A DNA stretch of 64,000 bases from an uncultured Chloroflexia bacterium (GCA_963703345.1 OY969814.1:256001-320000); one strand, 5' to 3'. Positions 9,280 to 18,974 are shown, counted from the first letter of the stretch. Made by a program: numbers and translations. Notes: generated by a model not told the origin, from the letters alone.

Positions 9280-10617
9280 CTAGTTCTTCGTTACTCCAGG
9301 GAGGCCTGTCTTGCCGGAAGACGACGCGGTCACGTTCAGCGTACGCTTCTCGCCGGTTTGCGGTGCGGAGATCGTGACGGTGGCCTGCGCGGCGCCTTTC
9401 GGCAGTTGTGCGGAGTTGACCGTCAGAGTCAGCTTGCCGTCGCGAACACAGTTGGCGCCGGCGGTGCAAGCGACGTCGCTGCCGAGGGCGACGCCAGCAG
9501 AAGGCGAAATGGTAAGCCAAGAAGCCGAGGACGTGGCTCCCCAGACGAGGATGCCGGTGCCGTCGTTGCCCAGTTCAACGTCTTGAGGGGTGAAGGTCTT
9601 GCCGGCGCCGAGGGACAACGAGACGTCGGAACTGTAGACGTCGAGCTTGGGGGCAGCGAGGATGGCCGACGACGCAGACGCTGCCGGCCTCTGCGTCGAG
9701 TCAACGTGCCAGGGGAACGGAGTCGGTATGTCCATGTTGACGTAGGGGGCGAGCCAGTTGGCGAGCTGAAGAGGATTGCGCCACTTCGGGTCGCTCAGGT
9801 CCGGCAGGGTGAGGGTGAACGGCTGCCAGAGTTGCTTGCCGTCGACGACGGGAGGGTTGCCGGCGCAGCCCCAGACCAACTCCTGATAGGGATATTTGCT
9901 GCGGTCGTGGCCGAAGCCGTCGGTACCGGGGCCGCAGCTATAGGGAGTGCGCGGCCAGGGGGCGTAGATGGGGTCGAGAGGATGATTGCTGCGATTGGCG
10001 CCGGGGCCGCTGAAGCCGTTGTAACTCCAGACAGCGAAATACCAGTTTTCGACGATGCCCGGGTCGCCGCTTGTATCGGTCCCGGCGATGGGCCGGCTCT
10101 CCGGCGCAGAGTTCCATTTGTCGGCGAGGATGGCGCCGCCGCGGGCGATGTTATAGGCGTAGTGAGTCGCGACGAGGAGTTGTTCCGGCGTGATGGTGTT
10201 ATTGCTGCCGAGGGGCACAGTCATGCCGCTGGTCACCTGCATTACGCCGTGACCGCAATCCTTGGAGATGAGCGCGGGCCCGATGCCGTCGAAGGGGGAG
10301 TTGCGCGTCTGAGCGATCGAGCTCTCGATCCAGCCGATCGACCTCAGGAGGATCGGCGGGATGACCGGCTCAACGCTAACGCGCACCTGCCGAGGTCCCT
10401 TCTCCAGCCGCGGGAGGCCGAAGTAGGTGTTGCCGGGAGCGATCAGGTTGAAGGCTGCCAGGTCCATGGCGGCGAGGTCCAGGGAGCGGTCCTTGGGACC
10501 TTCGTAGGCCATGGGCGTGACGGCGAAGGCGCAGGCGTCAGCGCGTAACGGTTTCCCACCCGTTGATGCCAGCGCGGCGACGACCACCACCAGAGCCAGA
10601 AAAGCAATTCGCTTCAC
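9280..10617 (-). CDS. Secreted lysozyme/lytic-transglycosylase-like protein with C-terminal BACON/Ig-like domain
   Basis: Signal peptide; IGWIESS, GHGVMQV, YNIARG, AVWSYNG motif order typical of the SLT fold; C-terminal LGNDGTGILVW...SWLTISPSAG. Confidence 0.65.
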   Translation of the reverse strand: MKRIAFLALVVVVAALASTGGKPLRADACAFAVTPMAYEGPKDRSLDLAAMDLAAFNLIAPGNTYFGLPRLEKGPRQVRVSVEPVIPPILLRSIGWIESSIAQTRNSPFDGIGPALISKDCGHGVMQVTSGMTVPLGSNNTITPEQLLVATHYAYNIARGGAILADKWNSAPESRPIAGTDTSGDPGIVENWYFAVWSYNGFSGPGANRSNHPLDPIYAPWPRTPYSCGPGTDGFGHDRSKYPYQELVWGCAGNPPVVDGKQLWQPFTLTLPDLSDPKWRNPLQLANWLAPYVNMDIPTPFPWHVDSTQRPAASASSAILAAPKLDVYSSDVSLSLGAGKTFTPQDVELGNDGTGILVWGATSSASWLTISPSAGVALGSDVACTAGANCVRDGKLTLTVNSAQLPKGAAQATVTISAPQTGEKRTLNVTASSSGKTGLPGVTKN

Positions 10618-11789
10618 CGCGCGCTGCCCTCCTCTGTCCGCCAACCAAGGACATCGACGTCGCTGCTAGACGAGACGGTACGGCGCATGCCGTCGGCGCC
10701 GGCGACGGTGACCCAACTGCGACCCGGATCGGTCACTGAGTTGCCCTCGTAGAACCGAACGGCCAGGTAGGCGGCGTCCGGCGACCACGACAGGGGGACG
10801 TCAAAGCCCCGCGGCGGCGCGGCGAGCAAGCGCACGGGCGGCCCGCCGAGAGCAACGACCTGAAGCACCGGCGCGCCGCTGTCTGCCCGCGAATTCAGCC
10901 GGCCGATGGTGACGCCGCTGCCGTCGGGGCGCCAGATGGGGCTGAACTCATCCATGCCGCTGGCGGAGACGGCAGAGGCATTGAACGACTTGTCGGACGC
11001 GACGTCCAGCACCTCGGCGCCGTAGGAAATCCTGTCGCCGGACGACCGGGCGGCGAGAAAGGAGAGCTGCTTGCCGTCGGGCGAGAGGTGCCAGTCTCGG
11101 ACGAAGTCGTCGCTGAGATGAGCGACGGCGTCGTCGTCGCTGCCGTCCGGCCGGATGACGCCGAGGTCGCTGCCCGCAGGGGATAGGCGCAGGTAGAAGA
11201 GGGCGCCGGCGGGCGTGAAGCCGACGGGGAGGAGACCGTCGGCGGAATCGTAGAGCGTTGTCTCGTCGCCTCCGGTGGTGACGGCGACGAGCTGGAAGCG
11301 GCCGGTGCTGCTATCGCTGCGGCGGAAGACGACGGCGGCGCCATCCGGCGACCAGACCGGCGCGACGGGCAGATCGGCGTCGGAGGCGAGTCGCTTGCGG
11401 TTGTGGCCGTCGGCGTCCATCACCCATATTTCCGCCGGCGAGTCGATGGCGGGCACGGCGTCGGGCGGCAGTACCGTGTAGGCGACACGTTTGCGGTCGG
11501 GAGAAAGGGCGGCGGATATGCCGTACTCCGGTGCGTGAGCGATCGTGGCCAGACGGGTGCGTTGGCTCGGGTCGTCTGCGCGGGCGGACCAGATGGTGTC
11601 GCTGCCGGAGCCGAACTCGGAGTAGACGAGAAGGGGAGGGCCGCCGGCCTTGACAGAGCCTTCGCTGCCTCTGACGAAAGCGCCTATTCCCGCGCAGAGG
11701 CCGCCGGCGAGAGCTATGACCACGGCTGCGGCGAAGGCAACCTTGCCGGCTCGCTTCATGATGCGCACAGCGCTTGCGGCCAAGACCAT
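10614..11789 (-). CDS. TolB-like/PD40 beta-propeller protein
   Basis: N-terminal TM; repeated WSPDG/LSPDGK/WRPDG motifs. Confidence 0.8.
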   Translation of the reverse strand: MVLAASAVRIMKRAGKVAFAAAVVIALAGGLCAGIGAFVRGSEGSVKAGGPPLLVYSEFGSGSDTIWSARADDPSQRTRLATIAHAPEYGISAALSPDRKRVAYTVLPPDAVPAIDSPAEIWVMDADGHNRKRLASDADLPVAPVWSPDGAAVVFRRSDSSTGRFQLVAVTTGGDETTLYDSADGLLPVGFTPAGALFYLRLSPAGSDLGVIRPDGSDDDAVAHLSDDFVRDWHLSPDGKQLSFLAARSSGDRISYGAEVLDVASDKSFNASAVSASGMDEFSPIWRPDGSGVTIGRLNSRADSGAPVLQVVALGGPPVRLLAAPPRGFDVPLSWSPDAAYLAVRFYEGNSVTDPGRSWVTVAGADGMRRTVSSSSDVDVLGWRTEEGSAR

Positions 11790-11866
11790 CCCTCGCTTGG
11801 CGATTGCAGGCCGACCGGGCCGCGCGCTTCAGCCTATCGGACCGATCCCCTGCCTTCTGACTCCGC

Positions 11867-12523
11867 CTACGCCCTTGGCTCCGATGGCTCCGGTTTCTGC
11901 CAGAACCTCCTGGCGTGCCGGTAGACGTACCAGGCAATCAGCGCCACCAGCACGATGAGAATCGGCAGGTCTGCCGGTCGCATCCAGTTGCGGATCCTCT
12001 CCCAGTGGGTGCCCAGCGCGTAACCCGCCCAGGCCAGCCCCAGTGACCAGGGAAAGGAGCCGACAAACGTGTAAATGCTGAACCGCCAGACGTTCATGCG
12101 CGCGATGCCCGCCGGCAGGCTGATGAAAGTCCGCAAAACAGGCAGGACGCGCGAGAAGAATATAGCCCAGGTGCCGTACTTTGTAAACCACCGCTCCGCC
12201 ACGTCGAGATCGTGGGGTGACATGAGGACGAAGCGACCGAAGCGGTTGACGAGGGGCCGCCCGCCGCGGGCGCCGACGTAGTAGGCGGCGAGGGAGCCGC
12301 CAAGGTTGCCGACCGCGCCGACAAAGGCGGCCACGAAGAGCCAGGGGATGCCCAGCCCGTGATCCTTGACGAGCATCCAGCCCGCCAGGGGCATGATTAT
12401 CTCGCTGGGAAGGGGGATGCAGGCGCTCTCGAGGGCCATGAGCAGCGCGACGCCGGGCCAGGAGATGACGTCGTACGTGCCGCGTATGAAGTCGAGCAGT
12501 GCGTTCTCTATGCCGCCGGTCAG
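11867..12523 (-). CDS. DedA family membrane protein
   Basis: MALESACIPLPSEIIMPLAG, FFSRVLPVLRTFISLPAG; N-terminus extends to a CTG at 12523 after GGGGAG. Confidence 0.92.
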   Translation of the reverse strand: MTGGIENALLDFIRGTYDVISWPGVALLMALESACIPLPSEIIMPLAGWMLVKDHGLGIPWLFVAAFVGAVGNLGGSLAAYYVGARGGRPLVNRFGRFVLMSPHDLDVAERWFTKYGTWAIFFSRVLPVLRTFISLPAGIARMNVWRFSIYTFVGSFPWSLGLAWAGYALGTHWERIRNWMRPADLPILIVLVALIAWYVYRHARRFWQKPEPSEPRA

Positions 12524-12584
12524 TTTCTATATCTCCCCACGTGTCTATTCGCTGGCCGAGTCTAGCAAGGCGTGAATCCGGCTG

Positions 12585-12857
12585 TCAAGGCACGGGCCAG
12601 GGTTGGCCGTCATGGCGCATCGTCGATTTGCGGATGACGTGGGCGCGGGTCCAGCGGCCGCAGCGCGGGCAGCGCAGGAGCTTCCAGCCGCCCGAGAAGT
12701 CGAAGGCGTGAGGGCTGATGAAGTCCAGCGGAGCGGAAATCGCGAACTCGTTGTCACAGTTCCGGCAGCGATAGGCGAAGGTGCGGGTGTGCCAGGTGAC
12801 GACGAGCAGGAGAGCGCCAACGGCCAGAACCAGCCCGATGATCATCCACATCCTCAT
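12585..12857 (-). CDS. Small membrane-anchored zinc-ribbon protein
   Basis: N-terminal TM then YRCRNC...LRCPRC. Confidence 0.7.
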   Translation of the reverse strand: MRMWMIIGLVLAVGALLLVVTWHTRTFAYRCRNCDNEFAISAPLDFISPHAFDFSGGWKLLRCPRCGRWTRAHVIRKSTMRHDGQPWPVP

Positions 12858-12939
12858 ACCAGTTTGCGGCGTTGCGAGTGGAAGGTCAATCGCCGTCGAG
12901 GGCGGGCGGCATGCGGAGATGGGACGCCGTCAGAGGCGG

Positions 12940-12948
12940 TGCTATAAT
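12940..12948 (+). promoter_or_regulatory. Extended -10 promoter element
   Basis: TGcTATAAT ~30 nt upstream of the site-2 protease operon. Confidence 0.55.
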
Positions 12949-12976
12949 ATTCGTGACAAATGCTAAGGGTCATGAA

Positions 12977-13702
12977 TTGATATTTCTGGCGTATTCCGAT
13001 CTGCTGCGCGTCAGCCTGACGCTTTTCCTTGCTTTCTTCGGCTCGGTCATCGGGGCGTTGCTCGTCGGCATCACCTTCCACGAGTTCAGCCATTGCCTGA
13101 CGGCGTCTCTTCTCGGCGACCCGACGGCGCGCAACATGGGCCGCCTGACGTTGAACCCAAAGGCCCACCTCGATCCGATGGGCGCCATGCTGCTGCTTAT
13201 GGTGGGCTTCGGCTGGGGCAAGCCAGCGCCGGTGAACCCGTACCGCCTGAGCATCGGACCAAAGGCGGGTATGGCGGTGGTGGCAGCAGCGGGGCCGCTG
13301 TCCAACTTGGTGATTGCTGGGCTTGCCGGTTTTCCGATACACGCCGGACTTCTGCCCTGGCACACGCCGTTCGTCGTCTATAGCAGCGCGATGCATTGGA
13401 CGAGCCAGGACTACCTGGGCCTCTTCCTTAGCTCGACGGTCATATTCAACATCATCCTTGCTCTCTTCAACCTGCTGCCGCTGGCTCCCCTCGACGGCTT
13501 TCGTATCGCCGTCGGCATCCTGCCGCAAGACCTGTCTATAGCGGTGGCGAGGCTGGAGCCTTACGGCATGGCCATCCTCCTAATCATCTTCATGCTGCCC
13601 TGGATGACCGGCGGCCATTACGGGATCTTTCAGACCCTATCTCCCGCCATCGATCGCTTGGCGAGCGCTTTTACGGGGATGAACGGTGGCGTTTTTGGCT
13701 AG
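12977..13702 (+). CDS. Site-2 protease (peptidase M50)
   Basis: HEFSH, GRLTLNPKAHLD, FGWGKP, AAGPLSNL, FNLLPLAPLDG. Confidence 0.93.
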   Translation: MIFLAYSDLLRVSLTLFLAFFGSVIGALLVGITFHEFSHCLTASLLGDPTARNMGRLTLNPKAHLDPMGAMLLLMVGFGWGKPAPVNPYRLSIGPKAGMAVVAAAGPLSNLVIAGLAGFPIHAGLLPWHTPFVVYSSAMHWTSQDYLGLFLSSTVIFNIILALFNLLPLAPLDGFRIAVGILPQDLSIAVARLEPYGMAILLIIFMLPWMTGGHYGIFQTLSPAIDRLASAFTGMNGGVFG

Positions 13703-14195
13703 GAGCCTTTACCGTTCGCGCCAGTTCTTCCGTTCCGTCGGCGCGTCGATTACGGACGAGGAGAAGGGAGAGGTCGCGGGCCGGTTGAGCAGCGAGCAGC
13801 AACGGCTCTTCTTCGCCATGACCGCGCGCGACCAGCGCCACTCTCTGGACGTCTTCCACCTTTTGCTGCGACACGGCCAGACCGACGAGGAGCTGCTCTC
13901 GGCCGCGCTCCTGCACGACACCGGCAAGGGGCGCGTCAGGGTCTGGCATCGCGTTGTCTACGTGCTGTTGCGGGCGACCTCAAAGCGGCTGTTTGATAGA
14001 GTAGCCTCGATCGAGAGCGGATCGTGGCGCGGTGCGCTGGCCGCTATCGCCGACCATTCGCGTCGCGGCGCCGTGCTGGCCGGGGCAGCGGGCGCGTCCG
14101 AAGGCACGGTGCGGCTCATCCGGCAGCACGAGGAAACCGAAGGCGATCTCGATCCGCGCGTCTCGACATTGCGGGCGGCGGACGAGTCCTGCTGA
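13686..14195 (+). CDS. HD-domain protein
   Basis: DQRHS, ALLHDTGK, H..RGA, RQHE, LRAADE. Confidence 0.85.
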   Translation: MAFLARSLYRSRQFFRSVGASITDEEKGEVAGRLSSEQQRLFFAMTARDQRHSLDVFHLLLRHGQTDEELLSAALLHDTGKGRVRVWHRVVYVLLRATSKRLFDRVASIESGSWRGALAAIADHSRRGAVLAGAAGASEGTVRLIRQHEETEGDLDPRVSTLRAADESC

Positions 14196-14217
14196 GAGCG
14201 CGAATCCAGGAGGCGGC

Positions 14218-15237
14218 TTGGCGAAGATAGCGATCATCGGGCTGGGACTGATCGGCGGTTCGCTGGGGCTGGCGCTAAAGCGTTCGCGGCTGCGGGACGC
14301 CGAGATCGTCGGCTTTTCCCGCAGCGTGGAGACGCGGGAGAAGGCCAGAAAGGCGGGCGCCATCGACCGCGCGGCCTCGGATGCGCAGGAGGCCGCCAGG
14401 GACGCGGCCATCGTCATCATCGCCACACCCATCCTCACCATCCGCAAGACGATGGAGGACATCGCCTCCGTTCTGCCCGCGAACTGCGTCGTTACCGACG
14501 TCGCCAGCACGAAGGCGCAGGTCATGAGATGGGCCGCGGAGCTTCTGCCCGCGCAGGTGAGCTTCGTCGGAGGGCACCCGATGGCCGGGAAAGAGCAGTC
14601 CGGCGTCGACGCGGCGGACGCGGCGCTGTTCGAAGGCAAACCGTACTGCGTCGTGCCGTCGCCGCAAGCGGACGAGGCGGCAGTGAACGCGGTGGTCGGG
14701 ATCGCGGAGCTTGTCGGGGCGACGCCCTTGTTCATGGACGCGGAGGAGCACGACAGCTACGTCGCCGCCGTCAGCCACCTGCCGCTGGTCCTGTCGACGG
14801 CGCTGTTCTCGTTGGTGCGGGAGAGCGCGGCCTGGCCGGAGATGTCGCGGCTGGCGTCGAGCGGCTTCCGCGACGTGACGCGGCTGGCCTCCGGCAGCCC
14901 GGAGATGAGCGAGGACATCTGCCGGACGAATCGCGAGAACGTCATCCACTGGCTGGACCGTATGGTCGCGGAAATCCGGAAGTACCGCGAACTGATCGAA
15001 AGCGACGACGAAGAGGCGCTGTTCCAGGCATTCGCGAAAGCGAAGCGGGAGCGCGGCGAGTTCCTCGCCGGCGGCGCCCCACCGCGTCGAGAAGAGCTTC
15101 CGGCGGAGGCGGGCGTCAGCGTGAGCGACCTGCTGCTGGGCCGCTGGGCCACGCAGCGCACGCGCGAGATAATGAAGGCGCTGGAGAAGGAGCCGCCGTC
15201 GCAGCGGCGAAGGGAACGCCCGACGAAAGAGCGCTGA
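14218..15237 (+). CDS. tyrA: Prephenate/arogenate dehydrogenase
   Basis: IGLGLIGGS, TDVASTK, GGHPMAGKE, HD...SHLP, GFRDVTRLA; TTG start after AGGAGG. Confidence 0.93.
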   Translation: MAKIAIIGLGLIGGSLGLALKRSRLRDAEIVGFSRSVETREKARKAGAIDRAASDAQEAARDAAIVIIATPILTIRKTMEDIASVLPANCVVTDVASTKAQVMRWAAELLPAQVSFVGGHPMAGKEQSGVDAADAALFEGKPYCVVPSPQADEAAVNAVVGIAELVGATPLFMDAEEHDSYVAAVSHLPLVLSTALFSLVRESAAWPEMSRLASSGFRDVTRLASGSPEMSEDICRTNRENVIHWLDRMVAEIRKYRELIESDDEEALFQAFAKAKRERGEFLAGGAPPRREELPAEAGVSVSDLLLGRWATQRTREIMKALEKEPPSQRRRERPTKER

Positions 15238-16541
15238 TGCAGAGAAGGATCTCGTCGCCGCGCAGGTTTGGCGGCTCGCTGACCGTGCCGCCCGACAAAT
15301 CGATCTCCCATCGCGCCGCCATCCTCAACGCCATCGCCGACGGCCCGGCAGCCGTCGAAAACTTCCTGCCCGCCGCCGATTGCCTGGCGACGCTGGCGTG
15401 CCTGCGGTCGCTCGGCGTCGAATGGTCGCTCGAAGAGAAGCGAGACGGCGGCAGCGACCTGGCGATCGAGGGCAAGGGGCTCGCCGGCCTGCGCGAAAGC
15501 TCGGACGTCCTAGACGCCGCTAACTCCGGCACGACGCTTCGCCTGCTGGCCGGTCTTCTCGCGGGGCGGCCGTTTCTTTCCATCCTCACTGGCGACGAAT
15601 CGCTGCGCTCGCGGCCGATGGCGCGCGTCGTCGAGCCGTTGCGGCAGATGGGGGCTCAAGTGTGGGCGCGCGACAGCGATACGTTGGCGCCGCTGGCCGT
15701 CCGCGGCGGGCGATTGCGCGGCATCACGTACCATTCGCCGGTTGCAAGCGCGCAGGTGAAGTCGGCGGTGCTGTTGGCCGGCCTTCAGGCGGAGGGCGAG
15801 ACGCTCTTCGCGGAGCCGGCGCGCTCCCGCGACCACACGGAGCGCATGCTGCTCGCCATGGGCGCCGATCGCAAGGAAGAGGGCGGCATGCTGCGGCTGA
15901 GGCCGCTGGAGCGGGATCTGACGCCGCTGAATCTCTCCGTCCCAGGCGATTTCAGCGCCGCCGCTTTCTGGCTGGTCGCGGCCGCATTGCATCCGAACGC
16001 GGAAGTCACGTTGCGGGGCGTCGGCGTAAACCCGACGCGGACGGGCCTGCTGGACGTGCTGCGCGAGATGGGTGCCGATGTGGTCATGAGCAATGAGAGG
16101 ATGGAAGCCGGCGAGCCGGTCGCGGAGCTACAGGCGCGGTCGAGCAGACTGAAGGGCGTGACCTTGGGAGGAGCGACGGTCGTGCGACTCATCGACGAGG
16201 TGCCGGATCTCGCGGTTGCGGCCGCGTTGGCGGAGGGTCGGACGGTGCTGCGCGACCTCGGCGAGTTGCGCGTCAAGGAGTCGGACCGGGTGGGCCTGAT
16301 GGTGCGGGAAATGCGGCGAATGGGCGCGACTATCGACGAGGAGGGCGACTCGCTGGTCATCGAAGGGAAGGAACGGCTCAAGGGCGCGACGTGCGACAGC
16401 CACGGCGACCACCGTCTGGCGATGGCGCTTGCGGTGGCGGGCCTTCTCGCGGAGGGAGAGACCGTCATCGAGAACGCGGAGGCGACCGAGGTGTCCTATC
16501 CGGGCTTCTGGCGCGACCTGGAGGCGCTGGCAACGCAATGA
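15237..16541 (+). CDS. aroA: EPSP synthase
   Basis: PDKSISHRA, NSGTTLRL, ASAQVKSA, RDHTE, NPTRTG, ELRVKESDR, DHRLAM. Confidence 0.96.
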   Translation: MQRRISSPRRFGGSLTVPPDKSISHRAAILNAIADGPAAVENFLPAADCLATLACLRSLGVEWSLEEKRDGGSDLAIEGKGLAGLRESSDVLDAANSGTTLRLLAGLLAGRPFLSILTGDESLRSRPMARVVEPLRQMGAQVWARDSDTLAPLAVRGGRLRGITYHSPVASAQVKSAVLLAGLQAEGETLFAEPARSRDHTERMLLAMGADRKEEGGMLRLRPLERDLTPLNLSVPGDFSAAAFWLVAAALHPNAEVTLRGVGVNPTRTGLLDVLREMGADVVMSNERMEAGEPVAELQARSSRLKGVTLGGATVVRLIDEVPDLAVAAALAEGRTVLRDLGELRVKESDRVGLMVREMRRMGATIDEEGDSLVIEGKERLKGATCDSHGDHRLAMALAVAGLLAEGETVIENAEATEVSYPGFWRDLEALATQ

Positions 16542-17155
16542 ACGCCAACGAACCGGTCGGCGCGGCGAAGCCCATCTTGCTGGTAATCTCCGGGCCTTCC
16601 GGCGTCGGTAAGGACGCGGTGATGGCGCGCCTGCGAGAGGCGTTGCCTGAAGTGCAATATGTGAGGACGGTGACGACGCGTCGGCCGCGGCCGGGCGAGC
16701 GCGACGGCGTCGACTACCGCTTCCTGACGGATGATGAATACGACCGCCTTATCGCGGAGGACGGCTTCCTAGAGCGAGCCTCGGTCTACAGCCATCGCTA
16801 CGGCGTCCCCAGGGGCGAAGTGACACACGCGCTGACGCGCGGCCAGGACGTCGTCGTTCGCGTGGACGTACAGGGCGCGGCGACGATAAGGCGCCTGATG
16901 CCGGAAGCCGTGCTCGTCTTCCTGGCGCCGGAGTCGGATGAGGAGCTGGAGCGGCGGCTGCGCGAGCGGGCGACGGATGACGGTGCCGACCTCCGCCTGC
17001 GTCGCGACACGGCCGCGCGGGAGATGGCGCAGCGGGATGCGTTCGACTACGTGGTCGTGAACGCGGAGGGCCGGCTGGACAAGGCCGTGGCCCGGATCGT
17101 CGCCATCGTCGAGGCCGAAAAGCAGGCCGCCGACAAGTCGCGCGCCTCTCTTTGA
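16538..17155 (+). CDS. gmk: Guanylate kinase
   Basis: SGPSGVGKD, TTRRPRPGERDGVDY, DVQGA. Confidence 0.95.
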   Translation: MNANEPVGAAKPILLVISGPSGVGKDAVMARLREALPEVQYVRTVTTRRPRPGERDGVDYRFLTDDEYDRLIAEDGFLERASVYSHRYGVPRGEVTHALTRGQDVVVRVDVQGAATIRRLMPEAVLVFLAPESDEELERRLRERATDDGADLRLRRDTAAREMAQRDAFDYVVVNAEGRLDKAVARIVAIVEAEKQAADKSRASL

Positions 17156-17241
17156 TCTCCTCGTTCCCCCGCCTCTTCCCCTTATCGCCGCCTTCGAGGA
17201 AACTACGGCCAGAGAGACGGATTTCCTGCTCTGCAATTCGC

Positions 17242-17277
17242 TTGTTTTAAAAAGATGCTTGGTGCTATGGTTCACAA
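17242..17277 (+). promoter_or_regulatory. atp operon promoter with overlapping putative Rex operator
   Basis: TTGTTT-18-TATGGT with TG extension; TGGTGCTATGGTTCACAA (17260-17277) vs Rex consensus TTGTGAA-N4-TTCACAA. Confidence 0.5.
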
Positions 17278-17310
17278 GCCGGAGCCAGCCCGAGCGCCGG
17301 AGCGAGTCTG

Positions 17311-17535
17311 ATGGGCGGTCTGCCGCCGGCGCTGAGGCTATTGGGCATTGGCTGGTACGTAGCCTTCTGTATAGCCGCGGGCGTCGGGGGGGGCGTCTGG
17401 CTTGATTCGAAGCTGGACATATCTCCGGCCTTTACTCTGGCGGGGTTGTTCCTTGGGTTGTTTCTGGCCTTCTGGGGCGGCTACCGCATGTTGATGGACG
17501 TAGTATCAGCGATCGGTCCGAAGAAGAGGGGCTGA
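17311..17535 (+). CDS. atpI: AtpZ/AtpI family protein
   Basis: Two-TM protein with G.WLD motif leading the atp operon. Confidence 0.8.
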   Translation: MGGLPPALRLLGIGWYVAFCIAAGVGGGVWLDSKLDISPAFTLAGLFLGLFLAFWGGYRMLMDVVSAIGPKKRG

Positions 17536-17536
17536 G

Positions 17537-18622
17537 GTGGGCAAGCTCAAGTGGGCTCTGATCATCGCCGGAATCTTGGTGCTCACGCTGGTGGGCTTCA
17601 CGTCTCTGCGTTCGGCGCGCCCAATCGTCGAGCTGAAAGCGGAGAAGCTTCTCGACATCGGGCCTTTTTCACTGACCAACACGATCCTGACCTCCTGGAT
17701 CGTAATCATTGTCTTGTCGCTTCTCTTCTTCTTCGCCACCCGGCGGATGTCTCTGATTCCGCGTGGCCTCCAGAACTTCGTCGAGATGGTGATCGAAGGC
17801 TTCTACAACCTGGTTGCGCAGACAGTCGGCGAGAAGCACGGCCGCCGGTTCTTCCCGGTTGTTGCGACCATCTTTCTCTATGTTGTCGCTTCCAACTGGC
17901 TCGGACTTCTGCCCACGGTGGCGACCGTCGGCAAGGTGGAGCCGATGGAGACCAAGTCGGGCGAGGTACAGGAAAAGGGCGTTGTCTTCCAGCAGGTGGC
18001 CGGCGTCAATATGATCATGCCGGGCTTCCCGTCCTGGCCGCCACACGAGCCGGACAGCATCACGCTCGAGCTGCCTGCTAACGCCACAGAAGGACAGAAG
18101 GTGGTTGCGCTTGAGGAGGCAACGAAAGACCTGAAGTCGGACCAGAAGGCGGGCGTTCTCGTACCGTTCTTCCGCAGCGTCAACACCGATATCAATGGCC
18201 CCCTGACGCTCGCGATCGTGTCGGCGATCTTCGTCGAGTTCTGGGGTATCTCCACGCTGGGGTTCTTCCGCTACGGGAGCAAGTTCTTCAACGTGAAGCG
18301 GCTGCTCAAGGGTGACATCTTCTACGGCCTAGTCAACTTCATAGTGGGTATTCTTGAGTTTATCGCCGAGGCCGCTCGGCTGGTGAGTTTCACCTTCCGA
18401 CTCTTCGGGAATATCTTCGCCGGGGAGATCCTATTTCTAGTAATAATCTTCATGCTGCCGGTGCTGGCTTTGGACGTGGTGTACGGCCTGGAGCTGTTCG
18501 TTGGCCTGATCCAGGGCTTCATCTTCGCGATGCTGACGCTGGTGTTCGGCATAGTGGCTGTGACCTCACACGAAGAAGGAGAAACCGAGGCCTCAGGACC
18601 GGGCCCGACGGTGCCGCCTTAG
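17537..18622 (+). CDS. atpB: ATP synthase subunit a
   Basis: LQNFVE, SNWLGLLP, SFTFRLFGNIFAGE, LELFVGLIQGFIF. Confidence 0.96.
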   Translation: MGKLKWALIIAGILVLTLVGFTSLRSARPIVELKAEKLLDIGPFSLTNTILTSWIVIIVLSLLFFFATRRMSLIPRGLQNFVEMVIEGFYNLVAQTVGEKHGRRFFPVVATIFLYVVASNWLGLLPTVATVGKVEPMETKSGEVQEKGVVFQQVAGVNMIMPGFPSWPPHEPDSITLELPANATEGQKVVALEEATKDLKSDQKAGVLVPFFRSVNTDINGPLTLAIVSAIFVEFWGISTLGFFRYGSKFFNVKRLLKGDIFYGLVNFIVGILEFIAEAARLVSFTFRLFGNIFAGEILFLVIIFMLPVLALDVVYGLELFVGLIQGFIFAMLTLVFGIVAVTSHEEGETEASGPGPTVPP

Positions 18623-18677
18623 TCGAACTGTTGGCCGACCCGGTTGAAACCCGTAAGACTAATTGAGGGAGGAAAGG

Positions 18678-18941
18678 ATGGACCTGATCAACATGTTTCC
18701 GCTGCTAGCGATAACCGATGTTGCCATGAGATTCATTGGGGCCGCCTTCGCAATTGCCATCGGCGGCATAGCCCCGGCACTTGCCATCGGCATGCTAACC
18801 GGCAAGGCCATGGAGGCCCTGGGCCGCAACCCGGAGGCGCAGCCGGTCATCACCACGAACATGATCCTGGGCATTGCCTTCGCCGAAGCTATCGCTATCT
18901 ACGCGCTCGTGGTAGCGGTCATGATCGGCTTCGTGTTCTAG
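18678..18941 (+). CDS. atpE: ATP synthase subunit c (H+-type motif)
   Basis: GRNPEA, AFAEAIAIYAL; lacks the Q...E-S/T Na+ signature. Confidence 0.96.
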   Translation: MDLINMFPLLAITDVAMRFIGAAFAIAIGGIAPALAIGMLTGKAMEALGRNPEAQPVITTNMILGIAFAEAIAIYALVVAVMIGFVF

Positions 18942-18974
18942 GGATTCAAAACTGCCCGGAAGAGGGGACGTATC

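Noticed and set aside
14032-15236. Long N-terminal extensions of tyrA and aroA in the ORF track
   Set aside because: RBS positions and stop/start overlaps support starts at 14218 and 15237
18678-18941. Na+-coupled ATP synthase
   Set aside because: The c-subunit has E-A rather than E-S/T and lacks the helix-1 Gln/Glu
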